Positions 46,084 through 59,062 of a stretch of 64,000 nt of DNA are shown one piece after another; position 1 is the first letter of the stretch, and every line of letters starts with the position of its first letter. The position numbers and the translations under genes were made by a program. Origin of the DNA: Oopsacas minuta (lineage: Eukaryota; Animalia; Porifera); contig JAKMXF010000298.1 in NCBI GenBank assembly GCA_024704765.1, forward strand, positions 186,001-250,000, read 5' to 3'. The notes beneath the pieces were generated by a model that saw only the letters and a program-made list of their open reading frames with translations, did no database searches and was not told where the DNA came from.

Positions 46084-48469
46084 ATGCAGTCTAGGAAGAA
46101 TAGTACAATATCAACGGAAAATGAATACAATGATAATTTGCATGCAGGACATATCTTATCTGGATTAAGTTCATTTTACAGTAACAGCAATTACACAGAT
46201 GTAACTATTCGCACACAGGGAGTAGAATTTAGCGCACATCGTGTTGTGCTAGCTGCTTCGTCTCCTTATTTCCATACAATGTTCACTTCAACAATCGGCG
46301 AGCCTAATTCAGATTTCATCGACTTACAATGCACAAGTCCTAACACGTTTAAAGAAATTCTTGAATTCATATATACAGGGCATATTGAAGTTAACGGAAC
46401 AAATATTGAGGAGATACTTGAGGCATCTTGTCTACTTCAAATCGTTTCTATACAAAATGCCTGTGAAATGTATCTCAAATCAGAAATAGACTCTGTTAAC
46501 TGTATTGGGATTCGTTACATCGCAGAGAGATTTAGCTGTATTGAGCTGTTGAGTCATGCGAATGATTTTATTGTCGATAATTTCTGTGAGGTTATGGAGC
46601 AAACTGAATTTCTCGAAATTCCATATTTTGAGCTAATCTCTCTGATAAAGCAAGAGACGCTTAAAGTTAAAGATGAGATTGAGGTTCTAGACTGTTGTCT
46701 TAAATGGTATTGTCATAAGAAAGAAGAACGATTAACATTCATGAAAGCGATATTCTGTTATGTAAAATTGCCATTAATCCCACTTGAAAATGTTAAACAA
46801 TCTTTAAAGAATTTTCCAGAGATCTTAGATGTATGCTCTAGCATGTTTGAGGAATTACAATTATTCCATTCAAATCCTGAGCAGTTCATTTCAAGAAACA
46901 GTTTCCAATTTATTCCACGTTTCTCCACCTGTGTACACTCAACCTTGTATCTTGTTGGTGGGGAAATGAATCCAGGCAGAACAACAGTCAACACTGTACA
47001 GAAATATGATCTATTCCGACGGACATGGGAACAGTGTGTGCCGATGCATGTAGCACGTCGTGGCGCTGGAGTTGTGCTAGTGCAAGGACGTCTTTTCGTG
47101 TTTGGAGGCTCAGATGGTTATGAGGCTCTGTCTACTTGTGAGTGCTATGATACAGTCAAAAACCAATGGAACATGATTACTTCTATGTCAGAGGTCTGTT
47201 AACATCATTCCTATTAATTATCTAAATTATACAATATGTTATCAGCTCCATTTGTCTTAAACAGGCACGAAGCAGTGTGGGAACTTCTGCTATAGGGAAT
47301 AACATATACGCTGTGGGTGGATATGATGGGATAAGTGCTTGCTTGCTAACTGTAGAAGCTTACAATCTTGACACTCAAGAATGGGAATATTGTGAGAGTA
47401 TGGATTCAAGACGTTCAATGATGGCTGTCTCTGTACTTAACGGATCTCTTTATGCGATTGGAGGATATGATGGTATTGAAGATTTGGGTAAGTGTGCAAA
47501 CAAGGTTTGAATTAGATAATTTATCTCAAATTTAAAGTGATTGATATACCATAGAATTGAGGGATTACTGAATTATCAACTCTTATTTCGGTTGTAACAT
47601 TAGTCTGTGCTCTTGTAAAAGTTCATTTTTCAGCCAGTCAATTTCCAGTATATATCACTGTTAATTAATAGTTTATTAATGGATTAGTGAAGAAATTTTG
47701 AATCAGCTGCATTTTTATGACTTAAGGCCACGAAACAAAAAATTTCCAACAACTTCATAATCCCCACTCTATAGGAAAGCCACTTCACTTCATACAAAGA
47801 CACACGGGCTTCCATTGTTAAAAAACAAGTAATTTAATTGTTATAGCCAAATACTTGAATTAATTAAGTTTTACATAATTATAGCATGATTTGTTACAGA
47901 AAGGTATTTACCCTTAAATAAAGATTATAATTACTGATAGTAGTCCGCATCTCATTATATGAACACGATTGATACGTCAATCCAGGGTGATATGTACTTC
48001 AAATAAGGAGTGCGAGATATTACAGTCCCATGTAGTGCATATTAACAAGATTATTCCTCTCTATTTGGTTTCTTATGAAATATTTGTATCACAAGGTTCA
48101 TGTGAGGTATATTGCCCTACAGCACGCGTCTGGCATAGCATATCTCCAATGCAGCATAAACGTTCAATGGCAGGAGCTGTGTGTGTTGAGAACCGTCTCT
48201 ACGTTGCTGGGGGATGCGAACAAGCAGAAACACTTAATATTGTAGAGATATACAATCCTGATGCAGATCAATGGTATATCACTAAGCCTATGCTATGTCC
48301 AAGGAGTGGTTTCGGGTTTTCCTTATTGGGCGAGAATATATATGCTGTAGGCGGTTACAACGGTTCTCAGTGCTTGAACACGATGGAAGCTTATGATCCG
48401 AAAAAAGGGAAGTGGACTTTAGTAGCTGAAATGCCTCTTACAAGGAGAAGATTTGGTTGTTGTTCGTAA
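46084..48469 (+). CDS. Kelch-like protein (BTB-BACK-6 Kelch)
   Basis: BTB (FSAHRVVLAASSPYF), BACK, and Kelch repeats with GG..Y/W motifs. Exons about 46084-47193, 47265-47487 and 48095-48469. Confidence 0.92.
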
Positions 48470-49625
48470 TAATATAAGTGAATAGATTACAGTTGAGTTT
48501 AACTATATATTTTCACGTTTTCTATAGACTTGGTTTAAAGCTATCCTTGATCTCTTACATTTCTTGTATTTTACTTTCTCAATGATTCTATTTTTCTATT
48601 TTCAAGGTTTGCTTCATAGCAAATCACTTTCAATCCGTCAAACGCCAGATTTTCAGTAAATTTAATATCCTACTCTTTTATCGCTTGCTAACTCTTCTCA
48701 TCAACATTATACAAATATAGTACATACATGCTACATACATGTTCTTTCTATTTCAAACTGCATTTCTAACTTGAATAAGCATTATAATACACGTGTATAA
48801 TATATTAAGCTGCTCTCTCTCTTCATTTAATTATGGCCTGCGACATAACGAAATACAATAGGATGTTTTGTTCAATCAAGTATCCATTACTTAGACAAAA
48901 CAAGTAAGTACCGAAAAACCAAATTATTTAATTGGACCATAATAAAGTTCAAAGAAATCCATGAATTTGATTTTATGGAAATTGGAACTTTATTTGCTGC
49001 AAATTGTGTGTTTTTATGCATTGTTTTAATAATGTATTACTCTCTTATCAGCTAATTTAAGTTTAATTTATCTGTCTTCATGTCTATGCGTTTTTCAAAC
49101 AAAGCAAACACAAATTGTTTTTCTAACGTATTGTCTAACTTAATTACTAAATTTTTGATCTTTATGTGTTTCTTGTTAGAGCAAATTGTTGTTAAATACG
49201 TCGTTCAATTATTTGTTTATTGCAATATTATTTCTCCATTGAATAATAATTATATTATACTTGAATAATTAATATTAAATTGAGTATTAAATATTTCATT
49301 AATTGGGTTCTTATAAATTATATACCAATTAAACTAGATTTGTGATGAATTGTTTTTGGTCACAGACGTGAATTTACATTTACTTACTGAAATCTATGAT
49401 ATTACTTTCATAAACTTCCTACAATCATACATGCAATACGAATACATTACATTCTTTCATATGTAAATCCTACATATATTGTTACATAAATTCGCGAAAT
49501 TAGAAAGTAGACAATGTTCATAGAACCCCCCAGATAGGGTGGAGAGTGTTGTCCATTTCATAGACATAAAGTTTACGTGTTTCCTACATTGCATTAATTA
49601 AATTAGCTTACTATCGCGCAGAAAG

Positions 49626-50747
49626 ATGACTAATCTCAATATTTTAACAATTCTATCTTTGTTATTCATCTCCTACTCCTATACATCTGTTGAAATTGAG
49701 AATAATGTACGAAAATGTCCCTGTAAATATTCAGATTCTTGTGATATAATTCCTCTCCAGAAAGATAAAAAAATCATCATTGGTTTCATGACCGATCTTG
49801 GTTATTCATTTTTCCGATTTTATGAAATGTACAAATTGACTACTGTATTTCTACCTTTAAATGACACTGAATTTCTCCAAGATTTCTTGTGTTACGCACA
49901 TGAACAAAAGGTTTCAGTTCTACTACGTGTAGATCCAACCTTAAAAGTAGTGCTTAACAATTCACTCCATCGCCAATGGGCTCAAGAAACCATTAAAACT
50001 GTCCAAGATCGTTACCTTGATGGCATAAACTTTGATTTTCAAAGCCCCCTTGATTTCGATCATGCTTCTTACTACACCAGCCTAGTAAACTATACATGCA
50101 CTAACCTTCGTGTAGCTAACAAGGAGTATCAATGTAGTCTCAATATGCCTTGGTCTGGTGATTGTATAGATGGTCGCTGTTATAACGTTTATTCAATAGC
50201 TGAAGTGGTTGACTACATTGTTATATTGTCTTTTGATGTGCAAGATGATGAGGATGGACCACCCTGCTACGCACGAGCTAATAGTCCATTCTACCAAGGA
50301 TTAGGTGCTGTAGTTGTCTATGTGGAAGCTGGACTTGCTCTGAAGCAAGTTGTAGTCGCATTACCATGGTATGGCTATATGTACGATTGTCTATCAGTTG
50401 ACAAAAGTAATCTATGCACCATCAAGGAGAGAACGTCTGAACCTTACTGCAGTGATCGTGTAGGGAAGAAAATGACGTATAATGATTTTGTGAGCCTTAT
50501 CAATAATCCAAAAGCTAATGTAACTTCGCATTGGAATTCTACCTATATGTCTCCTTATTTAATGATTTATAATGGAGACAGTATTCAGCAGGGCTGGTAT
50601 GATAACCCAATGAGTCTCTCGTTTAAGATTAATGCAGTTAAACAAATGGAACTTGGAGGTATAGGTGTATATAATATGGATTGTCTATCGTATATTGATG
50701 ATATGCAGGTTAGAGAGATGTGGAATACCTTGGATCTTATCAATTAA
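49626..50747 (+). CDS. CTBS: GH18 di-N-acetylchitobiase-like secreted/lysosomal protein, with the catalytic Glu replaced by Gln
   Basis: Signal peptide, CPCKYSDSC, LCYAH, LDGINFDFQ, WSGDCIDGRCYN, ARANSP, WYDNPMSLSFK and LGGIGVYNMDCL. Single exon. Confidence 0.85.
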   Translation: MTNLNILTILSLLFISYSYTSVEIENNVRKCPCKYSDSCDIIPLQKDKKIIIGFMTDLGYSFFRFYEMYKLTTVFLPLNDTEFLQDFLCYAHEQKVSVLLRVDPTLKVVLNNSLHRQWAQETIKTVQDRYLDGINFDFQSPLDFDHASYYTSLVNYTCTNLRVANKEYQCSLNMPWSGDCIDGRCYNVYSIAEVVDYIVILSFDVQDDEDGPPCYARANSPFYQGLGAVVVYVEAGLALKQVVVALPWYGYMYDCLSVDKSNLCTIKERTSEPYCSDRVGKKMTYNDFVSLINNPKANVTSHWNSTYMSPYLMIYNGDSIQQGWYDNPMSLSFKINAVKQMELGGIGVYNMDCLSYIDDMQVREMWNTLDLIN

Positions 50748-51539
50748 CGAAAACTGATTACAGTAGATTATCATTTTCTTGTTTATTTCAATTATTTGTA
50801 ATTTAGTTGGCATATTATTTTTTATTGTATTTCCAGAATGCTTGCGTCAATCACATATATGGTATAATTCATAAATATGTACCGTTTTCTTCGTCCAACC
50901 CCCATTCGGGGAAATGCATGTGCAGAAAATTTAATCCTTCAATTCCCTTACGAGTAAGATAACTTTTTAATATATTAGCTAATTCATTGTATATTCTTTA
51001 CTTTTGCTTCTCAAGCAATACATAATCCACTTGCCCTTTCTGCTATTTAAATATGATGACGCTAACACTGAAATTTTAGCATTTGTGTGCTTGTAACCAT
51101 ACACCGCTGATAACGTTAGGCATTGAGATATTTAGCTGTCTTTTTTGATTTGCCAGCCAGAATCTTACTTTGTTTCTCTCCCACCATTGCATTCTTTTTG
51201 TATACAACCCTTCGTATGACGTAACTACGCTAATATCTTACTCGAATATCCATCCACTATTTATTGATATTTGAGATCTTTCCCCATTACTTCGTGGTTA
51301 AAACTTTTACTATTTCTATGACTAATAATTTCATATTCTCCTTTGTTAACTATTTGATATATTTTATCGTCAAACTATCGGATAATTATGCGCATTATTT
51401 AACTTGATTAAATGTAAAATCATAAGCATTAACTGCGTTTTCAATTTTCTGCACACGAGCAATTAGTTTTGACAGATCCCTCAATAATTCTCTATCATTC
51501 CAAATTGTTTTAGATCTCAATACTTTCTAGAAAGGAAGA

Positions 51540-52352
51540 ATGGGCAAGAAAGCGCTGATAAGTAAAATATGTCTTGTTTCGATTCTGATTATTGTAAACA
51601 TCCTCGCGGTTCTTCTCAGTTTATTCTTGATAATCGCTGGTATTACACTGTTCATACTGAATAATGTAACTCCTCTGAGACTGGAATCGTTAGTATCCCT
51701 GTTTGCGTTCTTTCTCTCACTGGGAGTCCTATTCTTAATAATTTCAATATTTGGTCTCATTTCGAGTATTTCCTCAATTCCCAGCCGTCATGCTTTCCGT
51801 GTCTTCTCCACTGTGACTATCACCATATACATGATAGTATTGCTATTGCTAATCCTGCTTCAGATTGGAGTTGTGATAGCAGGGATTTTGTTGAGAGATC
51901 AGCTGACTACTGATACTGCGTTTGAAAGTATATTCGCCGAATTTACCATGTTTTATGAGGATAACGAAGCCTTGATGGTTATAGTAGACGGATTTCAAAC
52001 TGGGTTTCAGTGCTGTGGGTTTAACAATTACACCAGTTGGTATGCGGATGGAACAAATTTCACCTTTCCAAATCTTCCCGAATCTTGCTGTATTATGAAC
52101 GCTAGCCAATCATCAGAACATACCTGTGAGGCTGGGAAAGCTTACACAGTAGGATGTAGTCAGAGTTTGATCGAAATTGATTCTCTATACCTAGGCGTAG
52201 CTATCGGAATATTCGTATTTATTACTGTATTCCAGATAGTAATTCTGCTTATTAACCTCGTGCTTATATGCTGTATTCGGTTAGACAAACGTGCTGTTGC
52301 TTATCGTTTCCGGACTCAGAGTATCTTTGCTCAGGAATCGTATGCTCATTGA
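51540..52352 (+). CDS. Tetraspanin (tandem copy 1)
   Basis: Four TM helices; the large loop has FQCCG, PESCC and a final GC (6 Cys). Intronless. Confidence 0.92.
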   Translation: MGKKALISKICLVSILIIVNILAVLLSLFLIIAGITLFILNNVTPLRLESLVSLFAFFLSLGVLFLIISIFGLISSISSIPSRHAFRVFSTVTITIYMIVLLLLILLQIGVVIAGILLRDQLTTDTAFESIFAEFTMFYEDNEALMVIVDGFQTGFQCCGFNNYTSWYADGTNFTFPNLPESCCIMNASQSSEHTCEAGKAYTVGCSQSLIEIDSLYLGVAIGIFVFITVFQIVILLINLVLICCIRLDKRAVAYRFRTQSIFAQESYAH

Positions 52353-52962
52353 TAATACAGACTTTTGCTTTTAACTTTGTAGTCTATTTTGTATATATGT
52401 TTGAGAGAGATTGTATTTTGTTGGCTGTTTTTATTTATCACAGAAGTATTACTATTGTTAGTAATAGGTTTAGGCGTTTATCAAGTTTAATTAACACCAC
52501 GGATTTTTATCATTTCCTTTGTAATTCTTCGTTTATATGTTTATACATGTCTAAACTTTTATCCATTGTTCATTACGAATATATTCGGTGATGAATTTTC
52601 GTGCTTCCTCATGTTTGGCACGCTCTGTCTTTGCCACATCTGGGTGTTTATACCGAGGAACATTTGTGATTCCTTCTTATTTTCTCCTTTTCTAGACTAT
52701 TATATCTAGTTCTATCTACTGATATAAATTTTTGTTTAAGTTATGAACAAAGCAATTCATCAACAATGGTATAATAATTGAATTATTTATTATCTTTTAG
52801 GAATTCTAATTCTGTAAGATAGACAATGCATCTGTAATCTTAAGATATGATTACAACAACTGTATTAGGTATAGGAAAATATGATAAATTGATCATATTA
52901 CATCTAGAACATAAAATATACCTAACTTTTATTATTCTCTATAGAATTTTGGTTTTAGTAAG

Positions 52963-53760
52963 ATGGGAAAGAAGGCACTTGTCAGTAAATTATGTATCGT
53001 TACGCTGTTGATATTGATAAATCTCTTCGCGGTTGTATTAAGTTTGTTTCTGATATCTGCTGGTATAACACTCATTGTTATTGCAAGTGAGAACGCACTA
53101 AAGCTGGAATCATTATTATCACTAATCGCAATCCTTCTTGCGTTGGGCGTTCTATTCCTGCTCATCTCCATTCTGGGTTTCATTTCGAGTATTTCCTCGA
53201 TTCCTTCACGAAAAGGTTTCCGTATATTCTCCACTATTTCACTCACCGTGTACATGATCGTTCTGCTCGTGTTGATTCTAGCTCAGATCGGAGCGGTAAT
53301 TGCAGGGTTAATTCTTAGAGATAATATCGCCACTGACGGTACACTCAATGAAGTCTTTGAGGGATTCGTCCAACTGTATACCAACCCTGCTGTGATGGCT
53401 ATCTTAGACGGATGGCAAAATGGATTCGGTTGTTGTGGGTATATCAATTATACAAGTTGGTATATTAACGATTCAAACTTTACCTCCCCTAATCTCCCAG
53501 ATTCTTGCTGCAACATAACCTCATCACAACAATGTAATATTGCTAATGCTTATACAGATGGGTGTAGCCCAAGACTACTCGATATTGTTACTAACTACCT
53601 TGGCGCAGTTATCGGAGTTTTCGCTGGCATATCTGTGTTTCAAATCGCTGTACTTATTGTTAACCTGTTTTTGATTTGCTGCATCTGGCTGGATAAAACA
53701 GGAGGGGACTACGACTTCAAAAAGGGCCAAAACTATGCGATGGGTACATCATATCCTTGA
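52963..53760 (+). CDS. Tetraspanin (tandem copy 2)
   Basis: Four TM helices; FGCCG, PDSCC, GC. Shares MGKKAL, LESL and ISSISSIPSR with copy 1. Intronless. Confidence 0.92.
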   Translation: MGKKALVSKLCIVTLLILINLFAVVLSLFLISAGITLIVIASENALKLESLLSLIAILLALGVLFLLISILGFISSISSIPSRKGFRIFSTISLTVYMIVLLVLILAQIGAVIAGLILRDNIATDGTLNEVFEGFVQLYTNPAVMAILDGWQNGFGCCGYINYTSWYINDSNFTSPNLPDSCCNITSSQQCNIANAYTDGCSPRLLDIVTNYLGAVIGVFAGISVFQIAVLIVNLFLICCIWLDKTGGDYDFKKGQNYAMGTSYP

Positions 53761-54614
53761 ATTTTTATTATTATTTTCCCTAATAGATATACATTTCTTT
53801 AATTAACGAATGCTAATAGCTGTATAGTACTGTTTGTTTGCATACATAAATGTATATATTTGTGTATATTTAGAGTTTATTATTTTGCTGAAATATGATA
53901 AGGATAAAGAAAGCAGAGCATTAAGGGAGCGCTCTAATTTAATTACAAACAATTTACAAATTTCATCTTAGTTCTATAATAAGTGGAAGCTGGGACACTT
54001 TTGTATAATTCACAATTTATGGAAATCGATTGGAGCTAGGATCCCAGATTTCCAAAAGTCCAATACCGATTTCTTTTCGGGGCTGCTTTTTACGAAGGTC
54101 TTCTAAGAAAGGTTTCTTGATAGGGATGAGCCCTTGTTCAGCAAGCACTACTGCCAGCAATATTGATCATATATATTGATTACTAAAACCTGCTTCATTA
54201 TATCGCTGAATCGTTAATTACCCATAATTTCTATAGGGATTCCCTAAGACATGTAATTTCATGGTGTAGGACGTAGGAAGCAAAAAATAATTTTGATACG
54301 TCAGGTATATTGTATCGGTCTTAGATCTCACTCGTGGCCAAAAAATGATGAACGCTTAACATTATCAAAGGTAGTCCAAAACAATAAATTTTACTGAATA
54401 ATAATACCTAATTAGGAAATTTGTCCTTTTTTAGATTGTGCTTAAGAGTCTGAGTTTAATTTAGTACTATTCGTAAGATGACATCAAAATATCTTTCAGC
54501 TGAAGCTAATAGACAGAATCATTATTTGGAAATTCATTCGCTATCGAATGTTTTCTGCAATTCTATTTGTATGTTTGTTATTGTTATTTTCCTGTTGTCA
54601 TTTTAGACATTATA

Positions 54615-57600
54615 ATGGGTCGTGATAAAGAATCAGAGAAAAGAAAGGATTACAGAAATAGAGGGAGGGATGATGTGAAGAAAATAAGTAGTAGTAGATC
54701 ACAGGATAAATCTCGTTATTCCCCAACTAAATCACGGAGGACTACTCCACCAAGATCAAGGAAGAGGTCACGGTCACTCTCTCCTAAATCAAGGAGATCT
54801 TCTCCCAGGAGAAGATCTAGGTCTAGATCTCCACGGATGAAACGAAGGTCTCCTTCCCCTAGATCAAAGAGACGCACCCCATCTCCGAGACACAAGAGGA
54901 GATCTCGATCCCCTAAAGGAAGAAGGAGATCACCTTCCCCCAAGAAGAGAAGATCTAGTATTGAGCGATCTAAGAATCATCTATCAAAAGAACGAGAATA
55001 TAGAAAAGGTAGAAATTATATAATCAATAGCCTCTACGTAATTTTACTAAGTTTGGTCCAAAAATGGGTCGATTTTCGCGAATTTTGAATTGTAATTCGT
55101 TGCTGGAAAACTACCCCAATAAATGGAGTGAGAATTTACTGTACTTAAAATTGTGATTAATTATTCTAGAAAAATCGGAGCCGAATGGAGTTTCAAAACC
55201 GAAACCACAAGTTCCGGAGGATACGGTAAGTTTCCCAATGGAACAGTCTAATATTGATGATGAGATGAAACGTCGCAGAGAAAGAATCGAAGCCTGGCGA
55301 CTCTCTCGAAAACCTGATGAACCGCTAGAACAACCCGAGGTCAAAAAACCGCGAAAGGAGTGGACGCTAGACGACGATGAAGACGATGGAATTTCAAGTG
55401 ATTCAGAGGTTGAAGCTGGAGAAGATAAACTAGAAGATATTTCTGATAAAAGTGATGGAGCTGATCCATTGGATGAGTTTATGGAAGGAATACATACTGA
55501 AGTATCTGGATTAAGTGGAGTTCAGTTAACAGGAAATTTAAATAACGTTGATAAAGATGGGAAAGGTTTTGTGGTGATATCAGGCGAGAAAAAGCGCGAT
55601 AAAATCACAAAATTTGGTGCTAATAAGGGAGACATAATGGTGGACATGGCTGATGGTTATACAGGAGAATCTGAGGAAGAACCAGGTGAAGAGAGTTTTG
55701 CTACAATAACCAATATGTATCGTAAGAAGGAATTAGCTACAGTCGATCACTCACTAATACAATATCCTGAATACAGGAAAAGTTTCTATGTTGAAGTGCC
55801 AGAGTTAACACGAATGAGTCCAGAAGATGTGGAAATAATGCGTCAAGAATTGGAATCTATTACTGTTGTCGGGAATGATTGTCCTAACCCAATTAAGCGT
55901 TGGAGTCAGTGTGGTATATCTTCAAAGGTAAACTTTAAAAATACGATAATTGGGGGAATATAGAAAAATATTTAAATCTGATATCTTTGAAGCCATTCCA
56001 ACATGAATTGAAACATTTTAGGTATCTATTCGTTAAATGCCATATAGAGTGAAACAATTTCCTGGGTATTCCAATTGAATGACATCTTCATCTTATCCTG
56101 AAATTCGTATTACGCGGTGCCACATTATAAACATTGTTGATATTTTCTCTAGGTAGCAGATATAATGAAGAAAAACAAGTACGAGAATCCAACTCCAATT
56201 CAAGCACAATCTCTACCCGTAATTATGAGTGGTAGAGATATGATAGGCATTGCTAGGACTGGGAGTGGGAAAACTTTAGCATTTATATTACCCATGCTAC
56301 GTCACGTTATGGATCAACCACCGTTACAATTATTTGACGGACCAATAGCATTATTATTATCTCCAACCAGAGAACTTGCATTGCAGACTTATAAAGAAGT
56401 TAAAAAGTTCAGTAAATCGCTAAAATTATGCGTTACATGTGTGTATGGAGGTGCTGGCATAAAAGAACAGATTGCTGACTTGAAAAGAGGAAGTGAAATT
56501 GTGGTTTGTACGCCAGGTAATCCCATATGTACTTTCATATTTTTAATAATTATGGGAAATTACAAAATCCTAAATTTGGATGAAAAATTTTCTGAGTCGG
56601 GTTGTCTAAGTGAAAAATATGCGTGAGTAAGTTTGAAATATAGATTAGTAAGTTTGAAATATACAGTGCCAGTCAAATTAATAAGCACGATAGAAATTAT
56701 TTTAAAAGTATACATTTATCCGGATTATAGCATATATTTCAATGAGTAGGAATAGGGAGAGACATCTCAGATTCATATCTTTGAAAACATGCTCGAGAAC
56801 AGTGTAATTTGAATATAACAAGAGGATAATCTGCTGAAACTCAAAATATTTGAGAGAAAAAAATAATGTAGACGTATATCAAAAGTTAAAATGTAGGGGG
56901 ATGATTATATAGAGCATCCCCCCCGGATCTACGCCCCTGTATATATTTATTTATACTATGCATTTTGTATAGGACGGATGATAGAGTTATTAGCAGCAAA
57001 TAATGGTAAAGTTACTAATCTCAGAAGAGTAACATATGTTGTATTGGATGAAGCCGATAGGATGTTTGATTTCGGTTTTGAGCCACAAGTATCTAAGATT
57101 ATGAATAACACGCGGCCTGATAAACAAACAGTAATGTTTTCAGCCACATTTCCGCGTTCAATGGAGATTCTAGCAAGGAAGATTCTTGTCAAACCAATTC
57201 AGGTGCAAGTTGGTGGTCGTAGTGTTGTGTGTAAAGACGTGGAGCAAAATGTGGTTGTTCTAGACGAAGATAAAAAATTTTTTAAATTACTAGAGTTATT
57301 GGGAAACTATCTGCAGGATGGCTCATGTTTGATCTTTGTTGACAAACAAGAAATTGCTGACATGATTTTACGTGATTTATGGAAAGCCAGTTATACATGT
57401 CTTTCTCTACACGGAGGTATGGATCAATATGATCGTGCTTCAACTATTTCTGATTTCAAATCTGGCAATATCAATGTCCTTGTTGCAACATCGATTGCAG
57501 CTCGTGGTCTAGACGTACGTCATCTATATCTTGTGGTTAATTATGACTGTCCTAATCATTATGAAGATTATGTACATCGTTGTGGACGTACTGGTCGTGC

Positions 57601-58612
57601 AGGAAATAAAGGAATAGCTTACACATTCATTACACCGGAGCAGAAAAATTATTTCGGCATATTAATTCGCGCTTTTAAACTTTCAGAAACAGAGGTACCA
57701 CGAGATCTCCAAGAACTTTATGATAAATATGTTGAGCAGCTCAAAGCTGAAGGCAAGAAATTGCCCTCATTTGATAAGACAGACGGTTTTAATAAGCGTT
57801 GTAGTGGGTACAAATTCGATGAGAGAGAGGAAGCGACTCGTGATGAAATGCGACGTGTTCAGAAATCAATACACGGTGTAGATTCGGATGATGAAGAAGT
57901 TTCCACTGCTTTGGATCATTATGGGAATAAACTGGACAGTGCTTTTAAGAGTAAACCACATATACGTGAAGCTAGTATTAATCCGTATCTGCCTCTAGCA
58001 GGACCACAGGTAAGTAAGGAAACGGGTAACATTGCCGCGGTGAAGAAAGCGCAGTTAATAGCTCAGCGTTTCGAGCTGAACAAGAAAATTGTAGTCCCGA
58101 ATCCAGTTGAAAATCCTCATCAACGTGCTGCAAATGAATTTGTAAACACAGGGACATTGAAATCTTCTGTCTCAGCTAAAGACATTGCTAGCCATTTAGC
58201 AGCCAGCATAAACATGCGGATTGGTGCGCCTACAACCTCTCTATCTCAAGCTATACTCCCCCCTGGTGCAAGACAAGCATTGGATGGGAAAGATGGTAGG
58301 CCTAATGCTGTATACGAGGATGAAGTTGAGATAAATGATTTCCCTCAACAAGCACGATTTAGAATAACTCACAGAGATACACTTGATCAGATAACTGAAG
58401 ATACAGAATGTGGTATTACAGTACGTGGTATTTATATACCGGATAATCAGAAGCCGAAATCTGACGAAAAGAGGGTTTACTTAGCAATGGAAGCACACAC
58501 AGAGAATGCAATTGAACTGGCAAAGAATGAAGTAAAAAGAATTTTGAGGGAAGAGTTACAAAAAATCGCACTTAGACCTACTCCCAAAACTGGTAGATAT
58601 AAAGTGTTGTAG
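54615..58612 (+). CDS. DDX46: DEAD-box helicase DDX46/Prp5
   Basis: RS-rich N-terminus, [41 protein letters not shown], and a C-terminal KH-like [10 protein letters not shown]. Exons about 54615-55008, 55170-55927, 56153-56517 and 56972-58612. Confidence 0.95.
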
Positions 58613-58924
58613 GATTTGTGTGTTGTATCAACAGATTATTAGGCAGAACTTCATTCAGAATCATATCTATATTTCCTAAAAATATTCAATGAAATGATAA
58701 CTTTCCACTTTTGCTTATTTATTTGGCTATTTATTAGGTTAGAAGTTTGATGTACGGTGTGAAAAGACTGGTATACTTAGCTTGATAGTATCTTGATGGG
58801 AAGATTATCTTATCAGGTAAGTAAATACAGTTGGTATATCTTACAGAAGAAGATGGTATTCCAAATTGGTCAAAAGTTTGCATACAAAAATATTCAATGA
58901 AGTTCTCATATTAATAAATCGTAT

Positions 58925-59062
58925 TTTGTATGAATTTCCTTGCTAATACGCGAATTTGCTACTTTTTTCCTTACAAAAAGCTCCCTATGAATCTCCATGA
59001 ATACACTTGCTAATAGGCATATTTTCAATTAGACGAATTGCTAATAGGAGAACACCACTCTA
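58925..59062. mobile_element. MITE family B, 5'-truncated copy
   Basis: Shares GAATTTCC(C)TTGCTAA(A/T)ACGCGAA and the terminus CTAATAGG.GAACACCACT with the 24547 copy. Confidence 0.7.

Noticed and set aside
45144-52790. TAATNNNATTA homeodomain sites as stand-alone evidence of regulation
   Set aside because: These are expected by chance at this AT content; mentioned only as context.
54345-54397. C/D-box snoRNA candidate (ATGATGA...CTGA)
   Set aside because: Short, with no terminal stem, not clearly intronic, and no guide complementarity I could identify.
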